The notes below the pieces were generated by a model. The model worked only from the letters and a program-made list of their open reading frames with translations, was not told the DNA's origin and searched no databases. DNA of 64,000 bases from Paramecium tetraurelia (lineage: Eukaryota): NCBI GenBank assembly GCA_000165425.1, contig CT868341.1, positions 186,001 through 250,000 of the forward strand, written 5' to 3'. Shown here piece after piece: positions 42,049 to 59,423 of this stretch (position 1 is the stretch's first letter; every line of letters starts with the position of its first letter). The translations under genes were made by a program, and so were the position numbers.

Positions 42049-44362
42049 TCATTTCAGAGGGACTATTCTGTTAATTAATTTCTCTTGAAATCGTTTTCCA
42101 TAAATATTAGGTTCTTGTGCTGAAGTATCAAGTTGCATATTCATTTTGATAATTTTTTTGGTTTTTCTCTCAAGTGATTTATTAACATTCCATCGTTGTA
42201 AGTAGTCAATAATGGCAATATGATAATATATCTAAATAAAAATAAATTGTACTCCTTTTTCTTTGATAGATGGTATCACATTTATTTATTATCCATCTAA
42301 ATACTTTTATAATTCTTCTTCTTTCTGATTCCAATCTATGATCATAACAAGAAGAGAATAGTCAATTAATTATTGTCTTTCTAAGAAATTGGAATCGGCT
42401 TGAAGAGATTGATTAAGCTCTAAAATGATGATAAATTTAACTTTTTGAAATTGAATCTTCAACCCAAATTTCTTGTTCAATTTTAAAGAAATCAAGATCT
42501 TTGAGGGTTATCTTTGAAAGATCACTTGAAGGTTTCTTAGCAAGTACTTCTCTATCATATTCAGAACCTTTCATATCATAAGTTCTTAGAATTGAGTTCC
42601 TTGGTATTCCTAATGAGATATTTTTCATAATCAAGAAATGCACTCTAGAATGAACTTGTTCTTCTCTTTCGAAAGTATACATTCCATATATTTTATTGAG
42701 TAAAGATTAATGATTATTAAATTGATAAGTAGCAAAATTATACAATCTCTTTTTATATGTGTTTACTTCACTCTATCTCATAGTTTTGATGATCAATTAA
42801 TTATTATAAGAGAAAAAGAAGAATTCTCCACTTTTGCCTCCATCTGGTCCTGTAAATTGATCAATACAAGCAGAATTCTTCATTAAATCAAAGCAATCTT
42901 CAACATCAATGTTATCCAAAGTAATGAAATAGTTGAAAATCTTCGGGGCATAAAGTATGCATCTCATAGAGAACACTTGGATTTCATGATTGATCTTCAA
43001 TTTCTCCTATAAAATTTGATTGTTTAAGTTTGTGACTAAACATTCTTCAATCTCATCCAGTGTAAATGGTTAAGAGAAAGCATCCATTAATTCACTTAAA
43101 TCTCCTTGACTAGAATTACTGCCACTGCCATCTTACTCCTCCTATATAACCAAATCTTTGTATTGAACAACGTCTTCTAATTTATTTCTTCTAAGTATTT
43201 GAACCCCTGCCAACATTGAAGTTACTTGGGTTTTCTTCATCTCTTTATGCAACTATTCCAGAACATTGAATTCTATAAAAATCATATATCCTTATACATT
43301 ATAAAGAGATTTCTTTCATATCATTTTCATTATTGTCATCTGTAGTTGAAGAATGATTAAAAATTAGTTTGAGTGATGAATCATTGAAGATCATGATAGT
43401 CTATCCAAGAATACAAAGAGCCTGAGTTATATTTTAAAGTGTGGCTGATACTTCTAACCAAGTCTGTTGAAATTTGTAGCAATTCAACAAATTTATAGCA
43501 CTAAATATTCCAAGAAGAAATTTCATTATCAAACTGAAACCTATGAACCTTTGATAATGTCTGAGGTATTGGCCTCTCACTCTTCTGATTGTTGAATATT
43601 TTGGAATCAATTTTTTCAAGGTTAATACATATATTACCGACATTGTGCCAAACAAAAGAAATATTACCAAATAACTTAATGAAATTACAAAATCCATTGT
43701 TTCACTATCAGTTGCTGATATTGCACAAATTCTACAATTATATGACATCATACCCATTTAAAGTAAGAGATACAATGTTATGACCAAAAATAACTACAAG
43801 AATGATAATGCAAACTATGGAATAATTGAAGATTCTTAATAATCTAGCTGCTGATTTAAGTGTATTGTAAATTAAGGCCAACGGATAGGCTGCATAAACA
43901 AATATATTTAGATTAGATATCACAAACACTATTGAAATTGCTAATCCTGTTATCTATTTTATTTCTGTCCTTACTTCACAAAATGCATTCTTTAATGGAG
44001 CCTCATTATACTTCAGTACATATATAGCTGTCGAAAATTACACTATACTTTCTATTCCGTTCATAATCATAATGACAAACACACTATCTCCTGGAACTCC
44101 AAATAGCTTTGTGTCTTTTAAGAATTAGTACACAATCTTCATGGTTCCAAAAAATGTAATAGGAGCTGGTATCTTAGATTCATTTGATACATAATATTAT
44201 GAAAACCCATATGTCAATTGGGAATAACTTAAGTATTGACTTTCTATCCTCATTGGTATACTCATTCTATTTGCAATCATAAAGTTCACTATCTGAATAC
44301 ATGTTCCCATAGGAAGAAGTAATGGCCAGAATTAGAATGAGAAATATCTATTATATTTTCAT
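42049..44362 (-). CDS. 7TM (GPCR-like) receptor fused to a phosphatidylinositol phosphate kinase domain (GPCR-PIPK)
   Basis: Signal peptide, seven hydrophobic segments, then PIPK motifs YAPKIF, GGKSGEFFFFSY, LIIKT, YDMKGS, LKDLD, IDYSLL, IAIIDYLQ, SAQEPNIYGKRF. Confidence 0.9.
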
Positions 44363-44479
44363 AATAATTATAATAAAATTTCATGTTGACTTTCTAAAGT
44401 GAGTAATGATTTTAGAAATGTATAATCATAAATTGCATTCAATGATGATAATACTATTTATTTATTAATAAGTTTACTA

Positions 44480-44952
44480 GTTCCCAAATAGTAGTATCAA
44501 TAATCTAATAAATTCATTAACTTTTTTAGGAGTTTCTAGTAAAGAATTAAGAATATTACCCTATTAATTTAATACCCCTGAGGACATATAAATCACTTCT
44601 ATCCTTCTATCCTTATTTAGTACATCAATATTAGACAATATGTGTAGGATTATAAATTTAAATGAATTAAATTAAATAATAATAATAACACTTTTTGAAC
44701 ATCTTAAAGTAGTATTAGGAAAGGTTAGTAGAATTGACTAATAAGAATGAAAGTAAAACTCACCTGATCATAGAATTACTGAATAAGGAAGAGCTATTGC
44801 AATAACAAATTAAATAGATGTAGACAACAATAGATCGACTAACAGAAGAAAATAATCAATTGAAAACAGATATGTTGCCATATGGGTCAATTAGTGAAGT
44901 TAAATAATTAGTTGAATAATTTAAATAAATACATGCTGAATTATCTCAGTGA
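44480..44952 (+). CDS. Hypothetical coiled-coil protein (start unresolved)
   Basis: Open Q/E/L-rich frame ending ...VEQFKQIHAELSQ*; no in-frame ATG identified. Confidence 0.4.
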
Positions 44953-44993
44953 AAATTAACCCATTATATATTAAATTGTAATGTTGATTATTT

Positions 44994-46287
44994 TCATTTT
45001 TCGTAAACTTAATGCTTGCTTATGGGAACAAACTTAAAGTTTTGTAAATCTTGTATCTAGAAGGTTCCATTGATTATCACATTGTCATTACCCCATTCGA
45101 AATTCTCCCATTTTAACTTCTCAAAAATCACACCTTTCTATTCCTTAGGCAGTGGTACCTAATATAATTAGGATCACATACACCAAATTTTTAGAGCATC
45201 TCAATGTCTGATTGCTGAGGATATAATATCTCCTGAATTGTAAATACATTTGAATCTAGAAATACTTCTTCATCAATTTTTGAAGAATCCATATAAATTT
45301 CATATCTACCTAAAACAATTAATTTACTTTTTAGTATGAGTTTCAATATATAAACAATGTGTTTTAAATTTATAAGAAGTTCTGCTAGACAATCCTTACG
45401 CTGTTTCTTTATCCATAAAAGTAAGCTAATTATATTTTTAACTTGGCTCATTGCACATATCCCAAACAATCCATCCTTCATTCAAGGGAGGTAAATTATT
45501 CACTAGTAGATTTTCAGGTTATGAGATTTGAGGAGGCTCATGCAAATAAACATTGGAATGACTCCTTTTTGTTAATCTTCTATTTTAAGGCAGTGACATT
45601 TTCTTAGCCCAACTAATCAATTACTCTGGGGAACCAAGTTAAGGCAACCAAGTAACTTTTTCTGGTTTCAAACAATGAGCGCAAGGAGTCTTCAATGTTC
45701 TAGATAATAAAGGCACTTTCATTTATCCATTTAATGACTTTTTTCCCTTGATCACTTTACAAGATAAACTCACTCCTTAATAAAATGAACTAGTTAATTT
45801 CAAGTCACCTAAAGCCAATAACCCAGCATGTATTCCAATACAAACAGCATCACTATGACTTGCATAAGCTCCATTAGAACCCCATATTTGTCGTAAAGTA
45901 ATGGCAGGATTGTTTTTATTTATGTATTCACAGGCTATTTTAATATCAATGATTGAATTAATGTAATTTGACAAATTTGGTAATTCAGCGCCAGGTTTGT
46001 ATAAAAATGTTGCAGTAGCCGGGATCTAATTTGATGTTGGTTTCTTAAGTTTGGTTTCTCTTTTATGAAATCTATTAGGTCCCAAAATTGGTTGTTATTT
46101 ATTTTTTATCCTTATCCCTAAAATGCATGTATATGTTACCATCGTATTATGATAAATCATCATCATCTATCTGACTATCGTAGTCTTCTGAATTATTTTT
46201 CTTTCTCTTCTCTCTTTGTGGTCTTTTATTATTTCTCTTTTAAGAAGAGCTTCTCGATGACTAGCTGCTATGGGATAAGTTTGACAT
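44994..46287 (-). CDS. RXT3: RXT3-like histone deacetylase complex subunit
   Basis: IIDIKIACEYINKNNPAITLRQIWGSNGAYASHSDAVCIGIHAG (Rxt3 domain) plus WDMCNEPSQKY...SYKFKTHCLYIETHTKKYEI, similar to plant RXT3 C-terminal region. Confidence 0.8.
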
Positions 46288-47137
46288 TTCTTTTGATAAT
46301 ATAATTTATCACTCTTTATCAAATTTAATAATCTGTTTAAATCTGTGTGCTTTTTATCTAATATTATTCAATTTCTTTAATAGTTAATTTTGATCTTATA
46401 ATTGAGGAATTTGTATTGATTAAATACAATATTATTCATAGTACTATTTAATGTGGAATAGATATTTCCTATTCTGAAATATCATTTTAATACTGAAAAA
46501 TAAATAAAATGAAAACATCACTCTTTTGCTTTATTTCTTTCCATTTATAGTAATGGAATAAAAACCAAATAAAAATACTGAATAAATATGAATACTCTCA
46601 AATTTAAATCAAAAAATTATATCTATTAATGTAATTTTTTTTGGTATTTTAGATAATGGAGTTAATAAATATCATTATAAGAGTTATTCTATTTAACAAT
46701 CTCAATAGATAATCTAAAGGACAGGTTGTTATACTCTAATCTATACTTTCTTGTTAACAGTAAAGCGTTAAAATAACCACCCTATTGCTAGCAAGATCAA
46801 AATTGTATTTTTCTCTCTTATGAATGAAGCAGATTTTCAACTTTATTTATTTTAATTACACATATTAGCAGGATGGAATTTTGATATATTTAGAATGGCT
46901 ACTTTTTCAATTTAACAAAATAGTTTTCAATTTTAATATTGTTTTAGAAAATACTTAATTCTGAAAATAACATCACAAACAATTTTGCTTAAATTAAGTA
47001 TTAATCAAAGATATCAGAATATAATTAGTTAAGCATATCGTACTTTCATTTTTGATGATATTATTCAAATTAAAATGATAATTGTGGTCTAAGAAACTCG
47101 AATCTGATAAATATTTATATAATAAATTTTATTTGTG

Positions 47138-48940
47138 ATGTAAGAAGGTAAAAACTAGAAAAAATTCTTTGGGAAAGACATCATGAACCTCCTAAAATTA
47201 ATGGTTCCTGAGAAGAGATACTGCATCTTAGGTATGACAGTGGTTGGTTTGAACAGTGCTTTGCTTCTGTATTTACCCTAGGTAACAACTGATATCGCTA
47301 AATTACAAGAATTAAAATATGATCAGGAAAATAAAGAGAAGAGTCAAAAGACTAATATGTATTATCATCTAAAATGGGGAGGTGTATGTTTACTTGGAAT
47401 GTTCTTAGGAGGGGCTCGTAGATTTCTAAATACATAAATCAGTAATCGAGTAGGAATGAGAATGAGATATGCTATGTTTTAGAAATTAATGAGTACTAGA
47501 GATAATCAATCGTTGCATTCATAATAATTAGTTCATAAATTATCAAATGATGTTAGTTTAGTGTCTACTGGACTATCATAGGATATTTTTATTATGATTA
47601 GAGGATTTATAACAACAATAGGAGGAGCTGCCTATTTATCATATTATGCATTTCCGTTGTTGGCATCTGCAAGTGCTGCTGCAGCAGTAATGGGAGGATC
47701 AGCTATTTTATTAGGAAAATATATGTCTTAATTTAAGGTTAAGGAAACCTAAGAATTAGGGTCTCTAAGTGAAGTATCATAAGAAATGCTACAAGCACAT
47801 AGATTAATCAAATTGTCTGACATGGAATAGAAAGAAAATCAAAGATATTCAGCATAATTATTTAGATGGTATGAATAAGCAACTTAATTTTCTAAAATGC
47901 AAGCTTTAAATATGGGATTGATGGAAGGAGGAGGCTTGTATGCCCTGATTTTGATCTTATTCTAAGGTTGCTACTTAGTTGCCACTGGACATTTAGATCC
48001 AGAGTTAGCCAAATACTTTATCTAAGCAGTTTATATGGCCTCAGGAACTAGAGTAATGATAGCTATCTATAATGAATTGGTTAAGACTGCTGCTATTTAT
48101 AATACTATCCTTGATATTCATCCAAATCTTCATGAATCTGAATTGTATAATCAACCAGATCTAACTAAGAATTATAGAGAATACATAAGCCAAGATGATA
48201 TTTTGAAGGCTTAATTGCTTAACCCACCTTAAAATGCTGAACATACCAAAGGTTGGTAAGAATTGTATGAACATTCTACAATTCCACCACCAAGTATTTC
48301 ATTTAAGAATGTTCAGTATTCTTATCCAAATCATGAGAATTCTACACTAACATTCAATTTATAAATCAATTCAGGTGAAATAGTTTTATTATAGGGACCT
48401 AGTGGATCTGGTAAAACTACTGCCTTAAATTTATTAACAAAATTATTAACTCCATCATCAGGAGAGATCGTAATTGATGGAGAACCCTTATCTAAAAAAG
48501 ATTTTAAATGGATTCAACAACATGTCTCTTATGTTTAATAAGATGGAATCATATTTAATGCAACTGTATATGAGAACATCATTTATGGCAATCATGGATA
48601 TGATCAGAGTATGGAAAGAGTTATTTGGGCAGCTAAAATGTCAAGTGCTCACGATTTTATAGAGAATATGTAAAATAAATATTAGACTAAATTAAAATCA
48701 GATGGGACCACTTCTTTATCTGGAGGTTAGAAATAAAGAATCGTATTAGCAAGGGCAATTCTAAAGAATCCAAGAATACTCATTCTAGATGAAGCAACAT
48801 CTAATATAGACAGTCAATCTGAAACAGATATTATATAAGCTTTAACGTAGATTTGTAAAGAGAAAACAGTCATTATTGTTTCACATAAAATAGAAAACTA
48901 TAAACCCTTATTAACAAGAGTCATTAATTTAGACTAATGA
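47138..48940 (+). CDS. ABC transporter subfamily B half-transporter (TMD-NBD)
   Basis: Intronless 600-aa frame; TM domain then [10 protein letters not shown]-loop, [19 protein letters not shown]. Confidence 0.95.
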
Positions 48941-49910
48941 TATTATTTTTCATTAATAAACATTTTATGACAGTAAATATATCAGGAACTTCTTTGTTCA
49001 ACCAATTAATCTAAAGTGTATTAAATTAAAATGAATAAAACTCCAATTGACTCGCCACTGTGAATGAATAATCAACAAAAGTAAAGAAAATGGAATAGAT
49101 CATTTATTTATATAAGATATGATCATTCCTTCTTTTCTTTTAATGAAATTAAAAAATTATTTTATTTTTGAGCTATCAAAAAACGAAAATGATAATATCT
49201 ATCAACTATTTAATTCACAATATCTTTATTATAATATAATTAGAACACGAAAGTATCTACAAATCTTATTTTATAGAAATTATCACTTAAAAAGAAATTA
49301 ATGGAACTTATAATAGAAATATGGAGTATTTCAAAGATTCAAGTATGAAGGATATACAGATTTATACGTCTGAGCTCTAAAATGAGAATCAAACTTCAAA
49401 CATCAAAAATTAAGATATCATTTTATATTAATTGAAATCGATATTATTATTACGTATATTTCGCAATAATTAATTATGAAAATAATTTTGTAAATACAAA
49501 AATAATTGTAAAACTAATTCATGTTTACAATAAAGTTTTTTTATTTAGATATCAATAGTAATTAAGATTAACCATGTGTTTCTAATTACAAATTGCAATT
49601 ATTCAACCTTCGATAAATATGACAACATATCATGATACATATATATAAATTAAGTCATTTTTAATTAAAATTCAACATCATTATAAAGTTTTTCTAAAAT
49701 TTTGAGTTTCCTATCATATATAAGCAAACCCTTTTTTTTCTACTCAAACTATGATATTCTGATAAAATTAAAGAGAATGAAGTAATTGATGATGCAATTT
49801 TCGATTTGAAGAAATACTTTTTATAAAAATTGCGCAATGAAATTTCTTTCAAGAGATGAATTGAAAAATGGTGAAAATAGATAATTTATTATATTATATA
49901 CTTATTTCAG

Positions 49911-53145
<3,235 letters not shown>

Positions 53146-53214
53146 TTTATTGGGTGTTTATTAATACAAATATAATATCAAATATTATAAATATGATCAT
53201 TCTAATCAATTTAA

Positions 53215-54114
53215 TCAAGATTATGTCACTCTTCTTTTCAAAAATCCATCCTTCTTCATTGTGATAACAGTAACTTTATCATCCAGAAAAGGATTTCGAA
53301 TATTATTATTATATACGTCCCTTTGAATAGTAGCTTCATCTGTTTCACCAAGAAATGCTCCATATTCTTCAGATTCGTCACTTAGACTCTTCTTTCTTTC
53401 CTCAATCTTATCTAAGAATATTCTATCATTCTTTCCAGAATTATATACTTTCAAATATCCATTATAAACCTTCTTGTTTTGAATGCTAGCATTTTCACTC
53501 AGACATAATTATGCGAATGATTTATAATTTTTGAACATTGAATCCAGTTCATAATTAATTTCCTTCTACTTTTTAGGAATTCTTTTTCTTAGTTCTTCCT
53601 TCATTACTTCCTGAATTACTTTGGATTTGCTATTTATAAGATCTCTATTTAATTTATCAACCAACGTAGGTACAGTTGACATATCGGAGGACACTTTATA
53701 GGACTTCTTTAAAGAGTATTTCTGCATAGCTATTTCAAGAGCTTTTTGACTCTTGCAATATTGTTAGAGTTAATTGATACCTCTTAAGGTATCTTATTTG
53801 TGATCAAATTAATTTATATTCAAGTGTGGTTCCTAAGAGGGATTAGATATTCGATTATGCTTAGATTCCTACTTGATTTGGAAGTAAGATTGGTTTTTCG
53901 GAATCTGACCGTTAAATCAAAGTAATACTTATGTTTTGCATATCGAACTGATTCCCATAATTGAAATTCTATTTTCTTGTTTAAGTCTAGAAATGGCTTT
54001 TCGAAGACTTGCAGACCTTATTTATATGTTTGATGTAGACAGGTTGGTTTAACGATTGCTCATTCCTGATTAAATAGATGTACTTAAGTCTGCAAATGTT
54101 AACACTTTTTTCAT
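53215..54114 (-). CDS. Hypothetical protein
   Basis: MKKVLTFADLSTSIQ... open after one TGA-containing intron near 53906-53929; ends KKDGFLKRRVTQS*. Confidence 0.7.
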
Positions 54115-57100
54115 TCTTTTTAGATAACAAATTTAATAATTTCTATATTTACCAAGTTTACGTCACTTTTTGGAAATTAAGATGAATCTCGAATCTCTAA
54201 AGATTAGGCTCATTAAATATATTTACAAACCCAAAAGGAGATTCTTTAAATGAAATTTAATTGTGTGGATTTTATAACCTAGCTAGTAACAAGATTTCAT
54301 ACAAGGCTATTAATAATATTTTAATATATGAATTAGCAGATTTCATGAAGCTAGGCTTTTAAAGAACAATTGAAAGTTAATTGTATTTTTAAGGCATGAG
54401 AGGGGAACAATTAATCAAAATAAAGTTCTGCTAAAGAAATAAAAGATTTTCGATGATTTACATTTAGATACAGTCTTTAATTATCAAACCTAAATTTGGA
54501 GGAAAATTATGGAAGTATTTCTTTTTGGTATTATTTATGTAAAGTTGAAAGAAATCAAAATATAACTTCAACAATATCGAAAGTATTTTTTTTTACTAAA
54601 GTAATGCCCCTTCTAAAAATAAGAGTGTTAATAGATCTATAACTTAAGAATCTTATTTCTAACTTGTCGTTGATTATGCAAATCTTTAATAATTAATTCG
54701 ATAGAATATCAACTTCAGTCTTAAGCTAATTTACAGCAACTCACATATTTGAAGTTAGAATTAGAGAAAATATAAGGATAAAAAATTTATATAATGAAGC
54801 AAATATAGTGGACAGTTAAATTCAGTCGCGATATAAAAATAGTACTATGAATACTCCCCATAAGAGATCAACACTAAAATAGATACATAGATTTTCCAAA
54901 AGTTCAAGATATGATTATAAAATTAAATAAATTTTGCAAAGTAAAGTTTTTATTTATTAGTTTTCTTTGAGAGTCTTTTATTATTATGAATAAATATATC
55001 AGACTCATACTTTCATTAGATTAATTATTGGAGATATTGTTTCATCGGTAAATTTTATAGTACTGACAATAACTTGGATTTAATAAAATAAAAATTCATT
55101 AAGGAATGTCATAAGCTCAATAGTTTTACCAACAAAAATGTTACAACAATAAATATTCAAACCATAATTTGGTATTGATTTAAAAATTGCATTATAGAAG
55201 ATATTTTAAGCATTGATCAAGCTCAAAGGATATGGATATATATGTTTTAGAGGCAGGATTAAATTGAATAGAATTTATGTATTGTTGAAATGAATTAGAG
55301 AATGTTTTATCTATAATTTTAGTTAATTTCAAATATGTGCTAATCAATTTCAACACAGATCTTTTCAGAGCTTTGCAGGTATATTTTTTTACATAAAGCA
55401 GAAATTCTAGAATTTAACACTATCTTAGGTTTATCTAATTGTTCCTCATCTAAATATACTAATATGGATTAGAAGCCAAATATTTTTGGAAAAGTTAGTC
55501 AACAATTAATTAGACGAACTTAAGATATTATGACCAATAATAATATTCGTTTTTTTAATGTGCAATGCTGAAAATTGAAATTCAAATACTATGAGACTAC
55601 AATCATATTGGGTATTCAGAAATTACTAAAATTGAAAGTATTAATCCTTTAAACATTTTGATTTCTGTTAGCCCAAAAATACCCATTTATTTGGATTCAT
55701 GAGATTTAAAGTCATAGTATTTGAGCTTTTATATTTTTTATTCCTCTCTTATTGATTTTATTACGAACACATATAATTTACAGTATATATTAAATATTGT
55801 GTGACTGAAATTTGATTAAATTCAAATCATATTCTCAAGTAAAATAACCTGTCCACTCGAATCTTTATTATATACAAAAAAAGAAATGTGAAGAGTTTGA
55901 CGAAGTTAAGAATACACAGTATTTCTGGCAAGTTCAGTCAAAAAAATCAATTTGCAATTCAGATCTCAATATCTACTGAATAATTTAAATTTTGGAGAAG
56001 ATAAATATCTTCGCTGGCAATGTAATTTCCAAAAAGGTGTGGTAAAGGATTTAAAATATTTCGTTTAAAAAGAGCAATAATCATTATATTAGAATTAATA
56101 TAATGTCTATTCTTTTTCTTTATATTAATCTAAATGGATAATCATCTTCCTATGAAGAGGAAGGATAATTTATAATTTAGAATGGATATAATTATTATAA
56201 CTTAAAAAATTAGCATTATTTTGGCTGATAATAGTATTCAAGAAACAATTTGAAATATAATTATTTAAAAATAAATTTCTTTATCTTATATTTGGCTTAA
56301 TACTAAATGCTCAAAACTGATATCCTTTTAGGTTAATATATAAAAAAGAGCAAAAGTTATTTAAGTTTAGAGTCGGAATCAGATGAAGCTTGATATCAAC
56401 ATTTTAATAGCATATCTGGAGTTTTGAAAAGAATATAATTAAACAATTTCTTTGTAATTGATTGATGTTATCCTATTAATTACAATCAATAAGAAAGGAC
56501 ATGATTGCGAAACATAAATATTTAATACAAATTGAATCAAGTAGGATATATAATTGTTAACCAAGAATATGAATGGCATACCTTTAATAATAGATCAAAT
56601 ATAGATTTTACTACCTTCGTTAATCTAATCGAAATTAGGATTTGCTGGTGCAATTAAAATTCTGGGGGAAATATTTTTATTAAAAATTTAATTAATATCA
56701 AATTAAACTTATTCTTTAGCAGGGTCGATTTAATTTATTAAAATCTATTTGTTAAGCATAATAATCACTAAATATTTGCTAGATATAAGATAATCAAAGT
56801 TTTAATATGATGTTTACTAAATAATTCATCGTACGAAAGAAATCCTATCACTTTGATATGTTATTTGTAGAAATGCTAAGTTTAATATTGCTAGTTTAGA
56901 GTGACTAAAAGGAAAATGACAAGGAAAGATTTCTCCATTACTATTTATCATTCAAATAAAAATAAGACTAAACTGAAAATAAACAATTTTAGACGAAATC
57001 AAAACATATACTTTGCAGTTTCACCTTTTCTTGTTGGTATAATGCCTTTAATAATAAATATTATAGAATTTCCTATGTGCATTAAATAATGTAGCTCTCT

Positions 57101-57221
57101 TGTTTTCCAGGTGTAAACTAGATCTAAAAAACAGTTCATCCTCTTAAAAAAACAGGGTAATATCTTAAATTATAAAAATTATAATAAAATAATATTCATA
57201 TAAATTATGCTAATGAATTAA

Positions 57222-59423
57222 TCAATTCAATAGAATTTGCAACATTTTCTAAATCTAATTGTCAAAATCCTTATCACAATCTTTCCATATCCTTCTATAA
57301 ATTTAAATTGTTTCATATTAAAATATATCTGATCCAATAATTTTTAATTCTGTTTTATAATTAAGTAAGGAATATTCTTGCCATTCGTATTTACGAATAT
57401 ACTGAAATTTTTTTATAAGATATTAATCAGACCATTATTTAATTAGTTCTTCTATATTTGGTATTTTTGTATAATCATCAAAATAATAGAAGGATTTACT
57501 TGCTTTACTTAAAAGTTTTACTCTTTCTTCCCATCCTTCTTATTTTAAAATTTATTCTTTGCTCTTTAAATAGTCATAATATCTCTATTGATGTGGATTT
57601 ATAGAAGTTAATATTGAATTAAAATTAAAATATTATCGCCATGAATTATATTCCTGCATCATTGAATTTGTGAAATTCTTAAACATATCCTAAAACTCTT
57701 CAAAACATTTGTTATATAATTTTTCGTCTTTAATTAGTTGCAAGAAGCTCTCGATTAAAGGTGTTGACCATACTACGTAGTTCCAATATTCACCCAATTT
57801 TTACTCAATTTATTATTAATTTTTTATCTTATAAATACAATAATAAGGTTTCTCTTTAATTAAATATTATCTAGATTAAAGATCTATACATTCTCCAATT
57901 TATTTTCTTAATTACTCTAATTTCTAATCAAAGCATATATCAAAATTATCTCTATTATGTAACTCCAAAAATTTTTACTTGAAACTTTACATAATTTAAG
58001 TAAAACCAAGAATATTTAAAAACTCATTGTACTTATTCTTCATCTCTAATAGTTTATTGTAATTAAATTTATTTTCTAAATAATTCTGAAAAAGTAATTA
58101 AAAACTATTTTTACCCATTTCCCAGAGACATTTATTCTCCTAAGTTTTGTTTTCTAAATATAAAACTTTAGTGTTAAATTTGAGAAACCAAAAGTGTTTC
58201 ATTTTTGGTATCATTTTGAAAACAGGGGAAAATATTCCATTTATCGTTTCTGTTTGAGATTACAAAATTTATTTCTATTTAGGATAGTCATCTGCACAAT
58301 CTGGGAATAAAAAGACAATATTTTTAATTAGGATGTTTGAAAATTTACTTAGGATAGATTCCAACATAAAAAATGAACCTAGCTATACTTATTATGGAAT
58401 TACAAAACCAATTAGAATATTTTGATTCAATGAAGCTGAATTGAATATAATATCGTATATTCTGTCGAATCTATTTTGATCATCATAATTTAGATCATCA
58501 CTATAATCTGGTGTATATATAATTCTAAGTCCTGATTTTCCATTTAGTGGAGTGATATAATAAACTTTGGTTTACTCATATTCATCATTTTGTTTCATTT
58601 TGGTTATATCGATATCATCAATAATTTCAAACCTATATTGATCTGAAAATTCAACATCATAGTAATAATTTACAAATAAGTTGATCAGATTTTACTTTTA
58701 TGAATTTTAAGTTCCTATCAAAATTATTGTTTTGTAATCATCAAGATTTTCAAATGATGACCGATAATACTTAGGGTATTGATGAATATCCAAATCATTA
58801 TCCCTCCTTATTCTAGTTGTTTTTTCAATTAAATCTAAATAAATTTATGTTTTCAATTATTTTGTTTTCTGCTTTCCTTCGTTTTACCTGAATTCTAATT
58901 ATTTTTCTTCTTATATTTATTACTCTGAGCCAATAGTTTGAAATTTATAATTTGAATCATTCAGAATTGGTTATCCCTTTATTGATTTTTCTAATGAAGA
59001 TGCCTCAACTATTGAAAATATTTAAGAAATTGGTTCCATCAATGTTTCTAAATTTGATATTAATTAATTGAAAGGTTGTTATAAATGTTGGATTCTGAAT
59101 AAATTGTGAACTTATTTTTAAAGCTCATCATTCATGATCTCTTCAAAAGGTTTTTCTAGATCCTCACCCAAACTTGTTAAGTATTTTTCAGCCTAAACCA
59201 TTATTTCAACAATCTAACTTATCTTTTTTTAATATATATCATAGTTTTAGGTTGTATTTTTTTTCCATTATGTAATCTATTTGAATGTCTTTAAATCGTA
59301 TTTATGCTCATTATGCTTTTCAATACAATCTAAACAACAGGTTCTTTTTAGTTAGCAATTCATATTTAAACAAATTAATATTATCTCCTATTAATTATGA
59401 TCTGGTTCTTAGCACTCTAGCAT
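57222..59423 (-). CDS. N-terminal Cys/His zinc-finger + degenerate septin/AIG1-like P-loop GTPase domain protein
   Basis: Intronless 733-aa frame; CQEPDH...ICLNMNC..RTCCLDCIEKHNEH; TIILIGTQNSQKQNLINLFVNY...YRFEII; LRIIYTPDYSD; C-terminal EGWEERV. Confidence 0.8.

Noticed and set aside
48941..49910. About 1-kb AT-rich region upstream of SERCA as ncRNA or element
   Set aside because: No repeats, structure or coding signal recognised; treated as intergenic.
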